Shown piece by piece: positions 39,263 through 51,218 of a DNA stretch of 64,000 nucleotides; within the stretch, counting starts at the first letter, position 1; each line of letters opens with the position of its first letter. The stretch lies in assembly GCF_006345805.1 (NCBI RefSeq), contig NC_043004.1, forward strand, positions 32,674,001-32,738,000. Direction: 5' to 3'. The notes beneath the pieces were generated by a model. The model saw only the letters and a list, made by a program, of their open reading frames with translations, ran no database searches and was not told the DNA's origin. This DNA is from Octopus sinensis (lineage: Eukaryota). Made by a program: the position numbers and the translations under genes.

Positions 39263-39503
39263 TCGGCGAGCTGGCAGAGACGTTAGCACGTCGGGCGAAA
39301 AGCTTAGTGGTATTTCGTCTGCCGCTACGTTCTGAGTTCAAATTCCGCTGAGGTCGACTTTGCCTTTCATCCTTTCGGGGTCGATAAATTAAGTACCATT
39401 TACATACTGGGGTCGATATAATCGACTTAATCCGTTTGTCTGACCTTGTTTGTCCTCTCTATGTTTAGCCCTTGGTGGGTAGTAAAGAAATAGGTATATC
39501 GTC
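39263..39503 (+). mobile_element. SINE family B, with related fragments at 39000-39150 and 39510-39650
   Basis: Head, core and tail match the other family B copies. Confidence 0.9.
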
Positions 39504-40551
39504 CATTTTAAGGTTCTGAGTTCAAATTCCGCGGAGACCGACTTTGTCTTTCATCTTTTCGGGATCGATAAAATAAGTACCAGTTAAGCACTGGGGTCGA
39601 TGTAATTGACTTTCGCCACGCCCGCAATTGTACCAAAATTTGAAACCCAATATGTATGGAGTTTTACGGTATTGAATACCATTGCGATTTCTGCAGTTTT
39701 TAGTGTCTTAATCGCACCTGCACGCATTCTCTCCTCTCCCGCACACAACAAAGTGAGATGAGAAGGCCGGCACCTAATGGATCATTATGTAACCCCTTAA
39801 GTTATCCATCAGAGGGACCCCGATGCCTTATAGCAACCTCTGATCTTTAGGTTCATTAACCGGTATTTAACGAAACTCGGTCATTTTTTTCTCTCCTTTT
39901 TTCATTGGGAATAAGATGGTGTGTGTGCGTGTGTGAGATGTATCAGTGATTGGGTTATCAGAAATATATTGGTGGGGGTACATGCTATATATATCGTCCC
40001 ACCTCTCTCGCACGATGAATGGAAGGCAAAAAGAGTACCCCTTATAAGATAGGAACCTAAAGAACTAAAGTGAAATACGACCAAGAAATCCCCAAATCTC
40101 CATCTTTGAAGTATTGAAATATTTCTGGAGAAAGTTTTCAGTAGAATTCCGTCGTCAACCGGATTATCGAAATGGTAAATAGCGAAGAGTAAAGTAAAAT
40201 ATCGGAATGTAATTACCTGCCATGTTGTCATGCCCACCCGGGGTAGTCAAATAAATAAAAAGAAATCTAAAAAGAAATAAAAAAAACATCAAACAAACCG
40301 GCGAAATCTAGATATTTTTCAAGAAATGATCGGTATTGATGGCCTCCTACTTTTCTCTTCCCTCCCCTTCCTCCTACTCCTGCTTCCATAGCAGCAACGG
40401 ACATCTCCTCATCACTTCCTTTGCTTCTCTTATCGTGTTCTTTCGCTATATCATCGTAGTAATAGTAGTAACGGCAGCAGCAACAGTAGTTTACTTCACC
40501 GCCTCCTCCCACCACTCTTCCTTCACTACGAGCTGCAGCAACAGCAGCAGT

Positions 40552-40582
<31 letters not shown>

Positions 40583-41132
40583 ACAGTAGATTAAATAAAT
40601 GTTTAACAGAGTCGACAGCTTCAAAAGAGACATGAACTGTAAGAAACTGTTATTGAGCGGACGGATGTCTTGGAGGAATGCAAGTTTCTCTGTAGATGTG
40701 TCAGGGCAGTTGTTTATCGATTTTTATCAATTTTCTTCATAATAATCAAACTATTCTAGCGTATTTAATAAAATCGGATAATTCCGAATATCTGTGTATG
40801 CATGAAGACGGAGCGAATATAATATTGCAATATGTCCACAAACGTTCGCCTTGTCGTTCATTTGTTTTAAACGTGATGTATGTCCTTGTTAGATAATTTC
40901 CACAACACTTCGCGCTTTTCCCTTCCCGCTCACTGCGAACTCTAATCTTATCAGCTGAATTTGCATGTTGGAAATATCATAATATCTAATAATCTTCCCC
41001 TCGATTAACACAGAGCCGTGTTATATCCATTTTTCTTTAGCCTTTTAATGCCAGGGTTCCCAACTAGAGTCCGTATGGCCCTTGGCGGTCCATATAAAGA
41101 TTTCGTTGTTAACATTTATGTGTAATAAGCTG

Positions 41133-41545
41133 GGATCTTTTCGGTTTGAACAGCAGTTTTTTCTAGCGGTGTCATATGAAATTGTCACCCATAATTATGA
41201 CCCTAGTATCGATCTATTGCATTTCAATCTGTTTTAGGGTTAGGGGTGGGGGGAAGGGTATCTTTTTTTTCTTCATAAATGTAAATAAACCCAATCTGTT
41301 TCTTAAACGAGGGACATATTCATACGGCACGGAATGTTTTTTTTTACCTCAATAGCCGTCAGTGATTGGTTGAAATTGCAGAAATTGAAGAAAAAACAAC
41401 AAATATCTTACAAACTATAGAATTTTCTCAATAAAGCCAAGAGAAAAAGATGTTTTATAAACACATTCTACCAGTATACGAAGTTTAAAATTTTTTAGTT
41501 ACCTAGAAATTATGTTAAAAATTGCCGTTCAAACCGAAAAGATCC
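41133..41545. mobile_element. MITE-like element with about 30-bp TIRs, superfamily unassigned
   Basis: GGATCTTTTCGGTTTGAACAGCAGTTTTT at left, AAAAATTGCCGTTCAAACCGAAAAGATCC at right. Confidence 0.85.
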
Positions 41546-41812
41546 ATTACTTCTAAAATACACAAAATATTTTAACAATTTTGTTTTTAATACGGTTCCT
41601 AATAATATGTAATTATAAAAATAGCTTTTATCTTTTACTTGTTTCACTCATTAGACTGCGGCCATTCTGGGACACCATGAAGAATTTTAGTCGAACGAAT
41701 CAAACCCAATACTTATTCCTTATAAAGTTTGGTACTTAATCTATCGGTCTCTTTTGCTGAGTCTCTAGGTTGCAGGGGCGTAAACATAAAAACAGCGCTT
41801 GTCAAGTTGTGG

Positions 41813-41843
<31 letters not shown>

Positions 41844-41889
41844 AACATACACTTGCAAATGTTTGAGGAACTTAAAAGTTTTGGCTGAT

Positions 41890-43655
41890 CATAGAGTGAA
41901 CATAGGTTTCGCACCTACAAAGCGCTTAATAATATAGGTGACTGGACAGGTTCAAATGGCTGAAGACGCATAACCTCTCGAACTGGAGGAAGAAATTCGT
42001 AACGGTCAGTTGGTTTTGAAAACCATAAGAATAATTGCTCGTGCTGCGAGACGGAGTTATCGTCCTTACATCGGCTCCGGTCATAGTGATATTCAAAGGA
42101 GATGTGATGGAACTATTCAGTGAATGGGGAATTCCAAAGTCTGAAATACAAAACGTTTTAGATGGGGAGTGGATTGACTGAATACCTCTTTCCTGGAGTT
42201 TAAAAAGGCCCCAGGGTCAAGCGAGTTGTTTACGATTCTTGCCCTCTCAGCCAAGCAAAGCATACATCGTTTTGCTCTCATTTGTATAAGCCTCTCGTTG
42301 TTCAAGGAGCTTCTATTTAATTATGTATGGGATTCCTTCCTCTTTTAAACGCCTTATGCGATGCTGCGCCTTTCTGGAATCCTAAAAGAAGACTTATGGC
42401 TGGTTGTTCAGACGTTGCTTAAACGCAGTTTAACCGATATATTAGATGTGCTTCCACCGCTGATGTTTATTTCGTTAACTCCAGGTCTGATGTCGCTGTT
42501 GTAGCTAGGAGTCGCTGCTAATGCTGGTGGTTCTGTTGTTGCTGGCCTAGCGGCCTTTTTTGGCGGCAAAGTTGTTGGTGGTGGTATTGCCGCAGTAACT
42601 GTTGCTTTTGTTATTTCTGCTGCTTGAAGCGCCTGCTGTCGCCATCGCCATCGCCGCTACCATTGTTGTTACTGCTGTTGTCGGTGGGTGCATCATTGCC
42701 TCTTATACTGTTACTCTGGCTACCACCTCGGCGTCATACACAACCCCTTGGGCTTGGCATCGACCCTCCACTGGGCATCATTGTATATATTTCTTTACTG
42801 CCCACAAGGGGCTAAGCATAGAGGGGACAAACAAGGACAGAGGAAGGGATTAAGTCGATTACATCGACCCCAGTGCGAAGCTGGTACTTTATTTATCGAC
42901 CCAGAAAGGATGAAAGGCAAAGTCAACCTCGGCGGAATTTGAACTCAGAACGTACCGACAGACGAAATACCGCTAAGCATCTCGCCCGGCATGCTAACGT
43001 TCCTGCCAGCTCGCCGCCCTAGTGGGCATCATTGTATACCCTACACTAGTATCCTGCCTGTGTTCGTAGCTTAGGGGTGCTCACTAGAAATTTTCCTAAT
43101 GTTGGATGCATAACTGAAAGATACCCCTAAGTTGCGTCTATTAAACAAGCGTCCGTATTTGTGTGACTTTGTGAAGTGTTTGTCCACCAAACTAAGGAAC
43201 ATTCTTTCCACGTATGTTTTAACATTGAGAGAAAAGGGTGGGGCAAACCAAACTACATTATGGTGGCGCTTCATTTTCTGTTTGCCAGGGCCCGGCATAT
43301 TGAAGATATGGACCTTAATCCTACTGGACGCCAGGACCTCGTTGTAATAAGGGGCTGCAGCATTGAAAATCTTTTATTTTGAGGACAAGTTCGAGATTCT
43401 CTTGCTGATATCGCTCAGTGGGTTCCTAAACATGATAGGTGGGTGGCGGGAGGCTGTATTAATGTAGGACAGCCTCTCGTATGGTTTGCGGTGGGGTCTG
43501 TAAGAGGAGTTAACGGGTATATCCTTGATAGGCTTGGGAAGGGCCTAATTATCAACCTTAGCCCCATGGAGCTCAAGTTAACAATCGAGAGCAACCTCAC
43601 CTTTGTAAACCTTTTAGACATTACGTTAGTACTGAGCTCGGAATTTATTGTGAAC
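41890..43655 (-). mobile_element. Decayed Penelope-like element (RT thumb, linker, GIY-YIG) with inverted 5' piece and SINE insertion
   Basis: Minus-strand translations RKPYERLSYINTASRHPP...IFNAAAPYYNE, VVWFAPPFS, CPVEGRC...VVYDAEV, YIG*TAFKQRLNN and RCMLCLAE...LNSRKE; plus-strand NLTFVNLLDITL at about 43590-43630. Confidence 0.85.
42788..43022 (-). mobile_element. SINE family B nested in the PLE, 16-bp TSD
   Basis: TGGGCATCATTGTATA at 42772-42787 and 43023-43038. Confidence 0.95.
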
Positions 43656-43857
43656 AGAAATTGGTGAGCACGCGCACATACATACTGACACACATCACAG
43701 ATATAATTACAAAATGGAACTTGAAATCTCGAAAAAATTGTGATGTGTGTCAGTATGTGTGTGCGCACGTCCACCAATGTTTTTCTCATTAAATTCCGAT
43801 ATAATCATAGTTTACACCATCTGAAAGATTTTTTATAAAATTTTCATAAATTTTCAT

Positions 43858-44280
43858 AGGCGCAGGAATGGCTGTGTGGTAAGTAGCTTGTTTACCTACC
43901 ACATTGTTCCGGGTTCATTCCCACTGCGTGGCACCTTTGGCAAGTGTCTTCAACTATAGCCTCGGGTCGACCAGAGCCTTGTGAGTGGATTTGGTAGACG
44001 GAAACTGAAAGAAGCCCGTCGTATATATGTATATTTGTGTGTGTGTGTATATGTGTGTGTTTGTGTGTCTGCGTTTGTCCCCCCCCCCTTGACAATCGAT
44101 GCTGGTGTGTTTGCGTCCCCGTAACTTAGCGGTTCGGCAAAAGAGATCGATAGAATAAGTACTAGGCTTACAAAGAATAAGTCCTGGGGGAGATTTGCTC
44201 GACTAAAGGCGGTGCTCCAGCATGGCCGCAGTCAAATGAGTGAAACAAGTAAAAGAGTAAAGAAAAGAGAGAGAGAGAGA
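43858..44280 (+). mobile_element. SINE family A, full length
   Basis: Head, spacer and 3' half present. Confidence 0.9.
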
Positions 44281-44989
44281 GTAACTACCCATTTTTCTGA
44301 AAGTTATGAGGAAACAAATTTGAAGGTTGGGCGGCTCACTTGTGTTGGTATGTTCCTTTTAATTGACGTGTCACCATGTTTAGACATGATAAATTATAAG
44401 GTCCGAATTGTTTAAAGTATGGTTCACAAGGTTTAGCGATCTTCACGGACGCCATGACACATTTACCTCTGTAAGTGTCCTTGGGTCAAATAAGATCCAA
44501 TATATTATTATTACATGACAGCAATATATTCTACTTGTAACAGCAGCAATCAACCGATTGATTTACGGCAGAAAAAATGGCATTAGTGAGAGGAAATAAG
44601 AAACCCAAGACATTTCAGTAAATTGTAATGCTAGTCTTAGTTGTGTTGAAGGAATGTAAGGTGATCTGAGAAGGGAACTTGACAGCACTTAATGGTGCGT
44701 ACGTGCAGTTCGATTCCCTATAAAATATATTACATATTTTTTACTGGAGCTGACAGCACAAACAGTTGTCAATATATTTGATATGCTGATAGAAAGAATT
44801 GTGTAACAGCTTCTAGTTTGTTAGATTTTTATTCCTTGTCGTCCTTCAAACAATTTTACAATGTTTGTTTAAAACGTTAGACACACACACACACACGTAC
44901 ACACACACGTACACACACACACACATACACACAAACACATACACAAACACACGCACATGCATGTATATATATATATATGTTTGTATATG

Positions 44990-45538
44990 TATGTATGTCA
45001 TTATTCAGTTTATTTCAAGATTTCTTGCTAATAGAGAAAGAACCGGGTTCTAACCTAAGTCCAAGGTTCCTTCATTGGAATTTCAGCATCAACACCAGGT
45101 TCTTTTTTGTATGTATGTATGTATGTATGTATGTATGTATGTATGTATGTATTATGTATGTGCAGATTTGTATGTTTTATGTATGTCTTTTTATGCATAT
45201 AGTTGCATATCTAGACATGCTCATAGATATTTAAATGATAAACTTCTGGAAAGTTTTACAGATTTTTACAGTTCCAGTGATTGATTGGATATGTAGTCTT
45301 CGAATCAGCTTTCTCCTTTCTGGTTTTGAGAAGCCTAATTTCTCAAGATTGGTATTTAGGCAGTGTGTTACTTATCCCAGGGCTCCAATAATTACAGGTA
45401 TAAACCTGAACTTGTAATCTGGATAGAGTAACTACAGATTTCTCAATAGTTCAGTATAGGTATTCTCTTTTTCACCGATGTTCAGCTTTATGTTAACATC
45501 TGCTGGGCAGCTGATTTCCACAACTGTTCACAATTTTC
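44990..45538 (-). mobile_element. R4/Dong-like LINE 3' end
   Basis: Reverse complement of 16415-16760 followed by (TACA)n and the UTR end seen at 17183-17277. Confidence 0.85.
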
Positions 45539-45905
45539 CTTTTATCCCTGTGCCTGAAGCTCAAGGTGTGACTACTGAACCTGGCCTTGAAATTACCCTC
45601 TGTAAGGCCCACGTATTTCTTCGTCGAAACCGTGTCCTTAGTGGATATAGAGTCCATGGTGGCTTCATAAATGATGGTCTCGGACATACAAGCTCTATTT
45701 AGCGGGCACAAATTTTTATCCCTGCATGAACAGCTGGTTTCATATTGTGGTCTTTGTGTGTTGTGTGCGATTATATTTTTAAAATTGGTAGTTGAGCTGA
45801 AACTGATTTTTAAGTTATGTCTGTTGAAGAGCTTTCTGTAACTATGGTTGACTGGAAAATATCTATCTATCAGTGCTAAGGAATACTTATATTGAAGGTG
45901 ACCTT
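45539..45905 (-). mobile_element. Penelope-like fragment, paralog of 46953-47695
   Basis: CPLNRACMSETIIYEAT...KKYVGLTEGNFKARF is nearly the same as in the 46953 ORF. Confidence 0.9.
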
Positions 45906-45924
45906 CTATATATATATATATATA

Positions 45925-45968
<44 letters not shown>

Positions 45969-46004
45969 ATATATATATAATATATATATAATATATATAT
46001 ATAT

Positions 46005-46052
<48 letters not shown>

Positions 46053-46328
46053 ATATATTTTGGCGAATGTGTTGGTGAGCATGTGTGTTTCAAGTGGGGG
46101 TGGATGAGTATATACTTATAGGCGCATGTACGTGGGTGTGCGAGTGCGCATGTGTATGTATGGTCATACGCACTTACGCGAATACTATGAACATTTTTAC
46201 TCTCTTATCTTTACTCCCTCCCCTCACTTAGTGGTCATTCTGATAGATATTTTGTCTGAATAACGGTCAATAACACAGTAATTTCTCTTCGTTTAACGGC
46301 CATTTTCATAGCATTTTTTCGATGGCTG

Positions 46329-46389
46329 GATAACTGAAGAGATACCAGCGTGGGTTTCCGCACCGACATCCGAAACTCGGAGTTTTATC
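46329..46389 (+). ncRNA. Hammerhead ribozyme motif, canonical core
   Basis: GATAA CTGAAGA [stem II] GAAA CTC G GAG TT TTATC; 5-bp stem I and palindromic stem III. Confidence 0.75.
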
Positions 46390-46430
46390 ATGGCTACCGA
46401 ATAATTATCACATATATTTACAGATATACA

Positions 46431-46461
<31 letters not shown>

Positions 46462-46520
46462 CTTATAAAAATATATCATATAAATATATGTATATATGTA
46501 TCTTATATGTATTTATGTTT

Positions 46521-46566
<46 letters not shown>

Positions 46567-46571
46567 ATTTA

Positions 46572-46603
<32 letters not shown>

Positions 46604-46609
46604 GTATTG

Positions 46610-47695
46610 ATAAAACGGTAAGATAACAAAAGAAAAAAAGAGACCTCAATATTATGTAAATAGAGGAAATTTATCTATACAATATGTTACATTACTCGGT
46701 AGTCAAGATAAAACTCTGAGTTTCAGATGCCGAAGTGGAAATCCACAACACCATCTCTTCGGTTATCTGGCTATTTGAAAACGTTATGAAAAAATACCGT
46801 TAAAAATGAAGGGAAATTACTCTGTTATAACTCTGCTTTGCCTGCGTACTTATACATCGCTCGCATTTTTCGTCATAAAAATTATATAAAAATACATAAA
46901 AATATATAAAAATATATAAAATCTTCTTGGGACATAACACAGAAAGCATGTTCTATCCGTTTTCTTTAGGGGACCAAAAACGTAACAGAAATTTAGTCAC
47001 ATGTGGGCATGATCCGAAAAGCTCTGTCCTTGTATTTAGACATGTGGTAGGGTCTAAGCTGCTTTTCCAGATAAGCCATCTCTCCATGTCGCATAAACCG
47101 CACCTTCCGCTGCCGTTAGTATAGGGCTTACATCTGGCCAAAATCTTCCATTGTATGTTATAATCGACACCTTTATCTCTTAAAGACCAAATATGATTGG
47201 ATAATTGTGTCGCTTTTCTTTTGTTCCAGTGCCTAAAGCTCAAAGTGTGGTTATTGAACCTGGCCTTGAAATTACCCTCTGTCAGGCCCACGTATTTCTT
47301 CGTCGAAACGGTGTCTTTAGTGGTTATAGAGTTTACGGTAGCTTCATATATGATGGTCTTGGACATGCAAGCTCCATTTAGCGGGCACAAATTTTTATCC
47401 CTGCATGAACAGCTGTTTTCTTCTTGTGTTTTTTGTATGTTATGATTGATTATGTTTTTAAAATTGGTAGTTGAACTAAAACTAATTTTTAAATTGTGTC
47501 TATTAAAGAGTTTCCTATAAGCATGGTTAACTGGAAAATGTCTATCTATCAGTGCTAGGAAATATTTACCTATATTGAAGGCCACCTCGGGTGAGTAAGG
47601 GGGCGTAAACCAGATGACCTTCCTATTTCTATTATTCCTTTTCCTTATTGTTGGGCTGGTGATAGGTGTATATTTTATTTTTTCGCTAAAACCAT
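46610..47695 (-). mobile_element. 5'-truncated Penelope-like element: GIY-YIG ORF remnant (46953-47695) plus terminal repeat
   Basis: About 247 uninterrupted codons: VIWFTPPYS, CSCRDKNLCPLNGAC, IIY..YVG, RFNNH, RCGLC. The first residues of the ORF-track entry are (TA)n translation. Confidence 0.92.
46707..46767 (-). ncRNA. Hammerhead motif in the PLE 3' terminal repeat (U4 replaced by C)
   Basis: GATAA CCGAAGA GATG..CATC T GAAA CTC A GAG TT TTATC. Confidence 0.7.
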
Positions 47696-47880
47696 ATATG
47701 TATGTATATAAGATATATATCTGATATATATATATATGTATCTTGTATATATACATCTTATATATATGTTTTATATATGTATATATGTTATACATATGTT
47801 TTGTATATATATATATATATGTTATATATATGTTTTGTATATATATGTTTTATATATGTATATATGTTATACATATGTTT

Positions 47881-47930
<50 letters not shown>

Positions 47931-48105
47931 GTTTTATATATGTATATATGTTATATATTTATGTTTTATATATATATATATAAACTATGATAACTGTTAT
48001 TTTGTTTCGACGGAGATACTGTATTTCAATTATTCATGCATTGATGTCATCATTCGTTTGAACATGGTTTGTGGTTTGTACGTCCAACACACACAAACAC
48101 ACACA

Positions 48106-48158
<53 letters not shown>

Positions 48159-48419
48159 CTCCCGCACATTTTACTGCAGCTCCTTCAGAAGTCGCAGTAT
48201 GATTATTTATTTATTTTCGCGTTTCTTGTTTCCTATTCGCATTCATGACGGCTTCTTTGTTGAACAGTTTGCATCTGTCGCTCTCGCCTTAAAAGCACTG
48301 ATTAGCATTTCAGAAGCAAGTCTTTTAAGATCCATATGTCGCAAAGTTAGTGGCTGGTGGTGAGGGGCAGCTTTAGGTTGTTGTTGAAGGCTGGACTGGA
48401 CAGAGCTTCTGTGAAAGCG

Positions 48420-48960
48420 CGTGCGTTAGTGGCTTGGGTATTCAGCTGATGATCATAAGTCCTGGAGTTCGATTCCTAGCGGCGCGATACCTCCTTGAGC
48501 AAGACACTTTATTTCACGTTGTTGCAATCCTCTCAGCTGGAGAAAACGAATTGTGACTGCACTTGAAAAAGGTTCAGCTTTGTCACATTCTCTGCCACCC
48601 CGAATCTCTCTGAGAACTATGTTAAGGGTACGCGTGTCTGTGGAGTGCTCAGCCACTTGCACGTTAATTTCAGGAGCTGGCTGTTCCAATGGTCGGATGA
48701 ACTGGATCTCTCGTTGTTGCGAGTTCGGTTCCTGGCGGTGCGCTATGTCCTTGAGCAAGAGACTTTACTCCATGTTTCTCCAGCTGGCAAAAATAAGTAA
48801 TACCTATATTTCAAAGGGTCGGCCTTGTTACATTCTGTGTCACACTGAAGTTCCCTGAGAATTTCATTAAGGGTACTCGTGTCTGTGGAATACTCAGCAA
48901 CTAGTCATTAATTTCACGAGCTGGCTGTTCCATTGATTGGACGAACTGGAGCACTCAGCA
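48420..48960 (+). mobile_element. Composite or nested SINE family C copies
   Basis: Two TCCTTGAGCAAGA.AC cores and two GTTAAGGGTAC.CGTGTCTGTGGA segments. Confidence 0.75.
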
Positions 48961-49410
48961 CGGATCCTGCAGTATTTGGCACTACGCGATGTATCCGCGT
49001 TAAGTATCGTACACAGAGTGCTATTTTAAACTAATACTACTTCTGTTGAACATAATAATTTTAAGTTATGAACTTAACTGGGATTAATTACATTTGGAGC
49101 GAGATCAAATGTAATATCGTTCCCAAGACGAAGAAAAAAAAATGAAATTTGATATTTGTGTGACGAATGTAAAAAATATACCGGACAAATAAAAGTAAGT
49201 TAACGAACAATGCAGATTTGTTTAAATTACTGATATAGGTTTCTTAAAAGGAAAATTCTCACATAAAGATTTTATAGGCATTTTAAAAATTTTGTTTTCA
49301 TTTTTTAATGCAAATTTTGCTATTCATTCATAGCAGAAATTATAAAATTAAAATAGAAATAAAACCGAGACAGTTCTTATTGTTAACAATATACAAAAGC
49401 GTTTTGTTAA

Positions 49411-49471
<61 letters not shown>

Positions 49472-49685
49472 TTGTTTTTGCGGTAATGAATTCACCGAAA
49501 TGCTCAATGTCTCATAGAAGTTATTTCTGTGAAAATTTGCTTTTAAGAATTGCTTTTTTTTTCTCTCTTTTATTCAAAATACTGTAGCAATGTTTCGAAA
49601 TCCGAGCTAAAAAAATGTGTGTGTGTGTGTGTGGTGTGTGTGTGTGTGTGTGTGTGTGTGGCTGTTTGTGTGTGTGTGTGTGTGC

Positions 49686-49734
<49 letters not shown>

Positions 49735-49851
49735 TATAATACATGGAGTCATAGAATCATGTCGTACCATAGAAACGGCGTAATCCTAAGACTGACAGGT
49801 GCTTAAATAAATATATTCACCTCTCATACTTCCTGACCTTTTATCGTTTAT

Positions 49852-49893
<42 letters not shown>

Positions 49894-49979
49894 ATATATA
49901 TAATATCATATTATATTAGAGGAAAAAGGACAACAAAAACTAATGTAGGATAGGTATTCATGACATTTAGGATATCTAA

Positions 49980-50443
49980 TTAGGTTAAGGTGAATTTGAA
50001 GTCTTACAGCTGTTTCTGGGTATCTCAAGTGGTAGGCTGGCATGTCCGTACACTAGGTATTCCGTCATCAGAGACAGGGTGAGTATGTAATGGAAGTTCT
50101 AGACAGGGAAATTCACAGTTTAGATCTAGATAAGGAAATCCACAGTTTATAAGGAATGAAATAGTAGATAGAAGAATAAAGAGTAAAACAGTAGACAGAG
50201 GAATACAGACAGGAGAATAAAGTCCACAGCTCATCTTCTGTCTGTGTTCTTTTAGCTACTGTTTCACTCTTTATTCTTCTATCCACTATTTTATTCCTTA
50301 TAAACTGTGGATTTCCTTATCTAGATCTTTCATGCATACTCACCTTGTCTCTGATGATGGAATACCTAGGGTACGGACATGCCAACCTACCACTTGGGAT
50401 ATCCCAGAAACAGCTGTAAGACTTGAAATTCACCTTACCCTAA
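49980..50443. repeat. Fold-back inverted repeat, arms of about 210-237 bp, about 17-nt loop
   Basis: 49980-50216 versus 50234-50443; the left arm has an extra short direct duplication near 50097-50125. Confidence 0.9.
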
Positions 50444-51029
50444 ATAAATATTCTAAATGACTTGAAATATCTGTCTTGCCTTGAGTTTTATTGTTTTTTC
50501 TCCGCTAATATAATATATAGCTGCTAACTCGCAAACCTAATACGGATCCCTAGCTCCAGCCTCAGCTGTGAACCTGGAGCCTAACGGATGACCAATTATA
50601 GCACTTACACAGCGTACTTATTCGTTTAGATCACCAGTAAACTAAATCTCTCATATTCTCTCTCTCTCACTCATACTCTCTCACTCTCTCTCTCACTCAC
50701 TCACTCACCCCACTCTCTCGATATATGTGTATATATATGTGTGTATATGTATGTATATATGTATGCATATGTATGTATATGTATGTATATATAAATGTAT
50801 GTATATGTATGTATTTATATGTATGTGTATATATATACATGTTTGTAGGTATGTATATATATATGTGTGTATGTATATATATATCTGTATGTATATATGT
50901 ATTTATATATGTATATATATATATCCGTAATAATGAAGGGTGAAATTAATTAATTTGGAATAATTATCAATTACACCAAGTAGTCTTCGGCATGTAAAAG
51001 CCTCATTCGAGGAAAATTTAAGTAATACT

Positions 51030-51218
51030 AAGCAATAAAGGGTTTAGCAACGAATTGCCTTACCACAGACCGAATTTAGAAATAGCAGTCAAAGAGTTAT
51101 AGCTATTTCTTCTACTGAGATCTCCCTTTTTAGTAGAAGAAATAGCTATAACTCTTTGACTGCTATTTCTAAATTCGGTCTGTGGTAAGGCAATTCGTTG
51201 CTAAACCCTTTATTGCTT
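51030..51218. repeat. Perfect 87-bp inverted repeat, 15-nt loop
   Basis: 51030-51116 is the exact reverse complement of 51132-51218 (checked base by base). Confidence 0.98.

Noticed and set aside
40267-40635. Ser/Gln-rich and Tyr/Gly-rich ORFs
   Set aside because: Low-complexity triplet repeats with no recognisable domain; better read as UTR-like sequence.
41895-41935. GCGC-loop-GTGC GAAAC at the PLE 3' end (minus)
   Set aside because: Position is suggestive, but CUGANGA and stem I are missing.
44559-44756. TGATTTACGG plus two TGACAG (Hox/Pbx/Meis-like sites)
   Set aside because: Short motifs expected by chance in 64 kb; no conservation data.
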